64,000 nucleotides of DNA. Source: Azolla caroliniana (Eukaryota > Plantae > Polypodiophyta). Positions 60,634 to 64,000 of this stretch are shown here, one piece after another. The notes below the pieces were generated by a model. It was not told the DNA's origin. It was given only the letters and a program-made list of their open reading frames with translations, and made no database searches. A program made the translations under genes and the position numbers. The stretch lies in NCBI GenBank assembly GCA_043228905.1, contig JBHGNT010000004.1, positions 9,486,001 to 9,550,000 on the forward strand. The letters run 5' to 3'. How positions within the stretch are numbered: position 1 is the stretch's first letter; each line of letters begins with the position of its first letter.

Positions 60634-63600
60634 TGCGTTGGTATTGGAATTCTTCTACAAACTCTTGGGTGTGTGTAGGAGTGTAAGAGACACAGAAGAA
60701 GCAGACACAAGAAGTACAAACACAACACTCGTATAGAGAAGACAATGGCTGGAATGGCTCTCTCTATTGATGAATAATGCCAAAACTTAAGTAAGAGCTG
60801 AAATATATCCCTAAGTATTAAGTACCACCAGATATGAGTGAATGATGTATGTGGTAACGTGGGGAAAAAACCTCTAGCCAACACTAGAGTAAAAAGTGCC
60901 CATGTATAGGCAAAAGGTTCACATCAAAGCTACTCAAGGAACACATAAGTGTAACAAACCCCCCCTGGAGCGAATGATGTGAACACATACAGGGAGTAAC
61001 AAATCAACCCCAACAAGGCAACAAGGCAATAAGCCTAAAGCTTTACGAAAAGCTTCAAACTTTTCTCGTGGAAGAACTTTGGTGAATATGTCTGCCACCT
61101 TATCTTGTGTAGGCGCATATACCAAATCAATATCTCCAGCATGAAGGCGCTCTCTCACATACTGATAATGCACCTCAATATGTTTGGTCAGTGCATGAAT
61201 CGACTCAATTGGGAAACTGCGTACTGTATATCCAACCTTGTATTGCCTGCATATATAAGACATCCCACAACTTCCTATAAAGAGAAGTATCAAATGCATA
61301 ATTGGAATCGTCAACTGAGAACCTAAATACTGTCTCCACAGGTGTCGAAACCGGTTTGTCAAAACGTTGAAGTAGTTTTTCAACATACTTTCCTTGATGC
61401 ATAATCATTCCCCCTCAATAGATACAAACTGGATGCCAAGATAGTAGCTCAGAAGATCAAGATAAGTGTGTCATCAAAAGTACGTTGCACATTAGCCATA
61501 AGAATGTCAAGTTTTGCATGACATGACCCATCCAAGAGTATGCCATCAACATAAAGAACAAGCACGGTAAGATCAGCCCCATCTTTGCGTACATAAAGTG
61601 TGCTTTCAATTGGACTACATGTGAAGCCAAGAGCAATCAAGTGCTTATGGATTTTTTCATACCATGCACGTGGAGCTTGCTTGAGACCATACAAGGCTTT
61701 ATGCAAGCGACAAACCATATGCTCTTTCCCTTTCATAGAAAATCCAGGAGGTTGCTTCACATAAACCTCTTCTTGCAAATCACCATTCAAGAAAGTTGCT
61801 TTTATGTCGAACTGGTGCACTTCCAACCTCTTTGGGTAGCCAATGCAACCACGGTACGAATGGTAGTCATGTGTGAAGTAGGTGCAAAAATTTCTCATAA
61901 TCAATGCCATATTGTTCTGCATATCCTTTGGCAACCAATGTAGCTTTGTAGCGATCAATGCTACCATCAAACTTTCGTTTAATCTTGTAAACCCACTTAG
62001 TACCAATGGCATTCTTTCCTTTTGGCAATTCACACAACTCCCAAGTAGCATTCTTATATATGGAATCCATTTCTGATAGCATAGCACTCATCCAATGTGG
62101 ATCATCACATGCATCTTCAAAAGTAAGTGGCTCCTCGTTACATGCTGTTGCAACAAGAGAATAATCCACAAAATTACTAGATGCATGGCGAGAGCTTGAT
62201 CTTGTTCTACCAAGTACTACCATGTAAAGGTGCACTCAATTTGTTGCCTTGCAAAGTTTTTTCCCACCACTTTGGCATTGTTTGTGCACTCTTGATAGAC
62301 ATGCGCTCATTATGTAATACATCTTCAATATGTACATCATGCATGGGCTGAATTTCATGCTCATTTTCAGCCATGTTTGGCTGGACATTTCTTGCATTTT
62401 TAGCACTTATTTGCTGGAAATTTTCAGCCCTTTGAAGCTCACTTAGCTAGTCTACATGTCCATAGTCAACCACACCACTTTGGAACAAAGGCATGACGTA
62501 TCAAACACATCTTGTGAGCTAATTGTTGGCTGTTTTTTGCATTCAAGAAAAGGGAAAGCTCAATTTTCAGCAAATACCACATCTCGACTCACAATAATTG
62601 TGTCCGTCAATAGATGGTACAAACGATATCCCTTACTTTCAGTGCTATAACAAACAAATATGCATTTCTTTGCCTTGTCATCAAGTTTGTGACGTTGTTG
62701 TGATGGCACAAGAGCATATGCCAAATGACTAGACACACACATATGACTGACAATAGCTTTATGTCCATTCCAAGCCTCATAAGGAGTAATGATTCTCAAT
62801 GCTTTTGTAGGGCAACGATTCAACACATAATTTGCACACATAATTGCTTCCATCCAAAACTTGTTAGGAAGATGCTTTCCTTTAACCATCCATCATGCCA
62901 TCTCCAAGAGTGTTCTATTTTTGTGCTCTGCAACACCATTTTGCTGAGGTGTATATGACATAGTACATTGATGTGAAATAACTCTTTCACAAAGAAAAGC
63001 ATTAAACTCTTATGACATGTATTCACCGCCATGATTCGTGCGTAGAGTCAAGAGCTTATTTCCAGAAACATTTTCAGCCATAGCTAAAAATGATTTGAAG
63101 CAAGAAAATACCTCATTCTTTGGTTTCATAGGATGCATCCATGTATGCCGAGTAGCATCATCAATGAAGGTAACAAAATATACATGCTTTCCAAAAGATG
63201 GAGTCTTCACGGAACCACACACATCACTATGAACAACCTGTAATTTTCTTGTAGTGTGTGTAGTCATCTTTTGGAAAAGAAGCACGATGCATTTTTCCAA
63301 GAATGCAACCTTCACATGCATGCTTTTCAATGGACTCAAGTGTAGGCAACCCAAAAACCATATCCTTCGATTGCAAGTGGAGCAAACTATTGAAGTTCAA
63401 GTGACCAAAATGAGTATGCCAAAAGCTCCATTTCAGCCATGGAAGAAGTATGGACCACCAAGGCATTTAGGGCCGCCCTCTTGTATGTATCCAAGCGATA
63501 TAAGAAATTGCATAATGTACTAGACATCACGATAACATCACCATCGCTGAAACCATGAACCATACACTTATCATCAACAAAATGTATATGAAGTCCAACT

Positions 63601-63751
63601 TTTGCAATCAAAGGAACCAAAATTAAGTTCTTCTTGATACCGGCCACATACAATACATTCTTCAAGATGACAACACCTCCATTAGCAATCGTACGCTCAA
63701 TTTCTCCTACTCGAATGACATGATAAGAGGCATTGTTTGCATGCACCACAT
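60634..63751 (-). mobile_element. Second decayed Ty1/copia element (3' LTR about 60634-60956, RH, RT, IN, part of PR)
   Basis: [50 protein letters not shown] and CEGC; PPT GGGGGGG next to the LTR. The left LTR boundary is approximate. Confidence 0.88.
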
Positions 63752-64000
63752 TGTTGAGCGGGACAAGCTGAACATGATCTAAATCAACTAAATAAGCAAG
63801 AGCTAGATCGTAAACCGGAACGAAGAATCGGATCAGTGTCTGGATAGGTATCTGGAACGAAGAGCCGGAGTGGCATCCGGAATCAAGAGCCGCATCGGTA
63901 TCCGGAGTAGGGAACCGGATCAGTATCCTGCTCAATGTGTAATCGGTAGGCCGTTAGAGGCCTATGGTCCTAACATATTAGATAGACATATTTTTTGGGA
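63752..64000. mobile_element. Start of another inserted LTR-like sequence with short CCGGA repeats
   Basis: Copia protease similarity stops at TGTTGAGCGG; composition shifts; repeated ccggaacgaaga / ccggatcagt. The other end lies outside the window. Confidence 0.5.

Overview
Eukaryotic, retrotransposon-dense DNA, most likely from a non-seed land plant such as a moss (inferred from Tcn1-type chromoviruses and plant tRNA-Trp/iMet primer sites). About 90% of the window is nested LTR retrotransposons. The nesting can be rebuilt from LTR ends, target-site duplications (TSDs) and interrupted reading frames; the letters are my labels. Chromovirus G (5141-) holds chromovirus H (6047..52567), which holds Trp-primed element C (8049..48808), which holds chromovirus D (12843..47738). 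D holds an ORF-intact chromovirus E and a solo E LTR, and that solo LTR holds a gag-only LTR-ORF-LTR-ORF-LTR unit (A-B-A). A very recent 15,711-bp tandem duplication (10242-25952 / 25953-41663) doubles the middle of the nest. Two decayed Copia elements and one intronless host gene (a secreted lipocalin with a large helical insertion) lie at the right end. Main findings: (1) antisense tRNA-like A/B-box modules in the U3 of five LTR types from two unrelated lineages; (2) a pol-less, tRNA-Trp-primed, 4-bp-TSD family encoding a capsid-like protein with acidic repeats, which moved as a hetero-dimer whose middle LTR lacks the TATA region; (3) three co-varying self-priming pairs; (4) TG...TA LTR termini; (5) a five-hairpin array in the E leader; (6) a conserved -1 frameshift signal; (7) the split lipocalin. 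All calls were made by eye, with no database searches.
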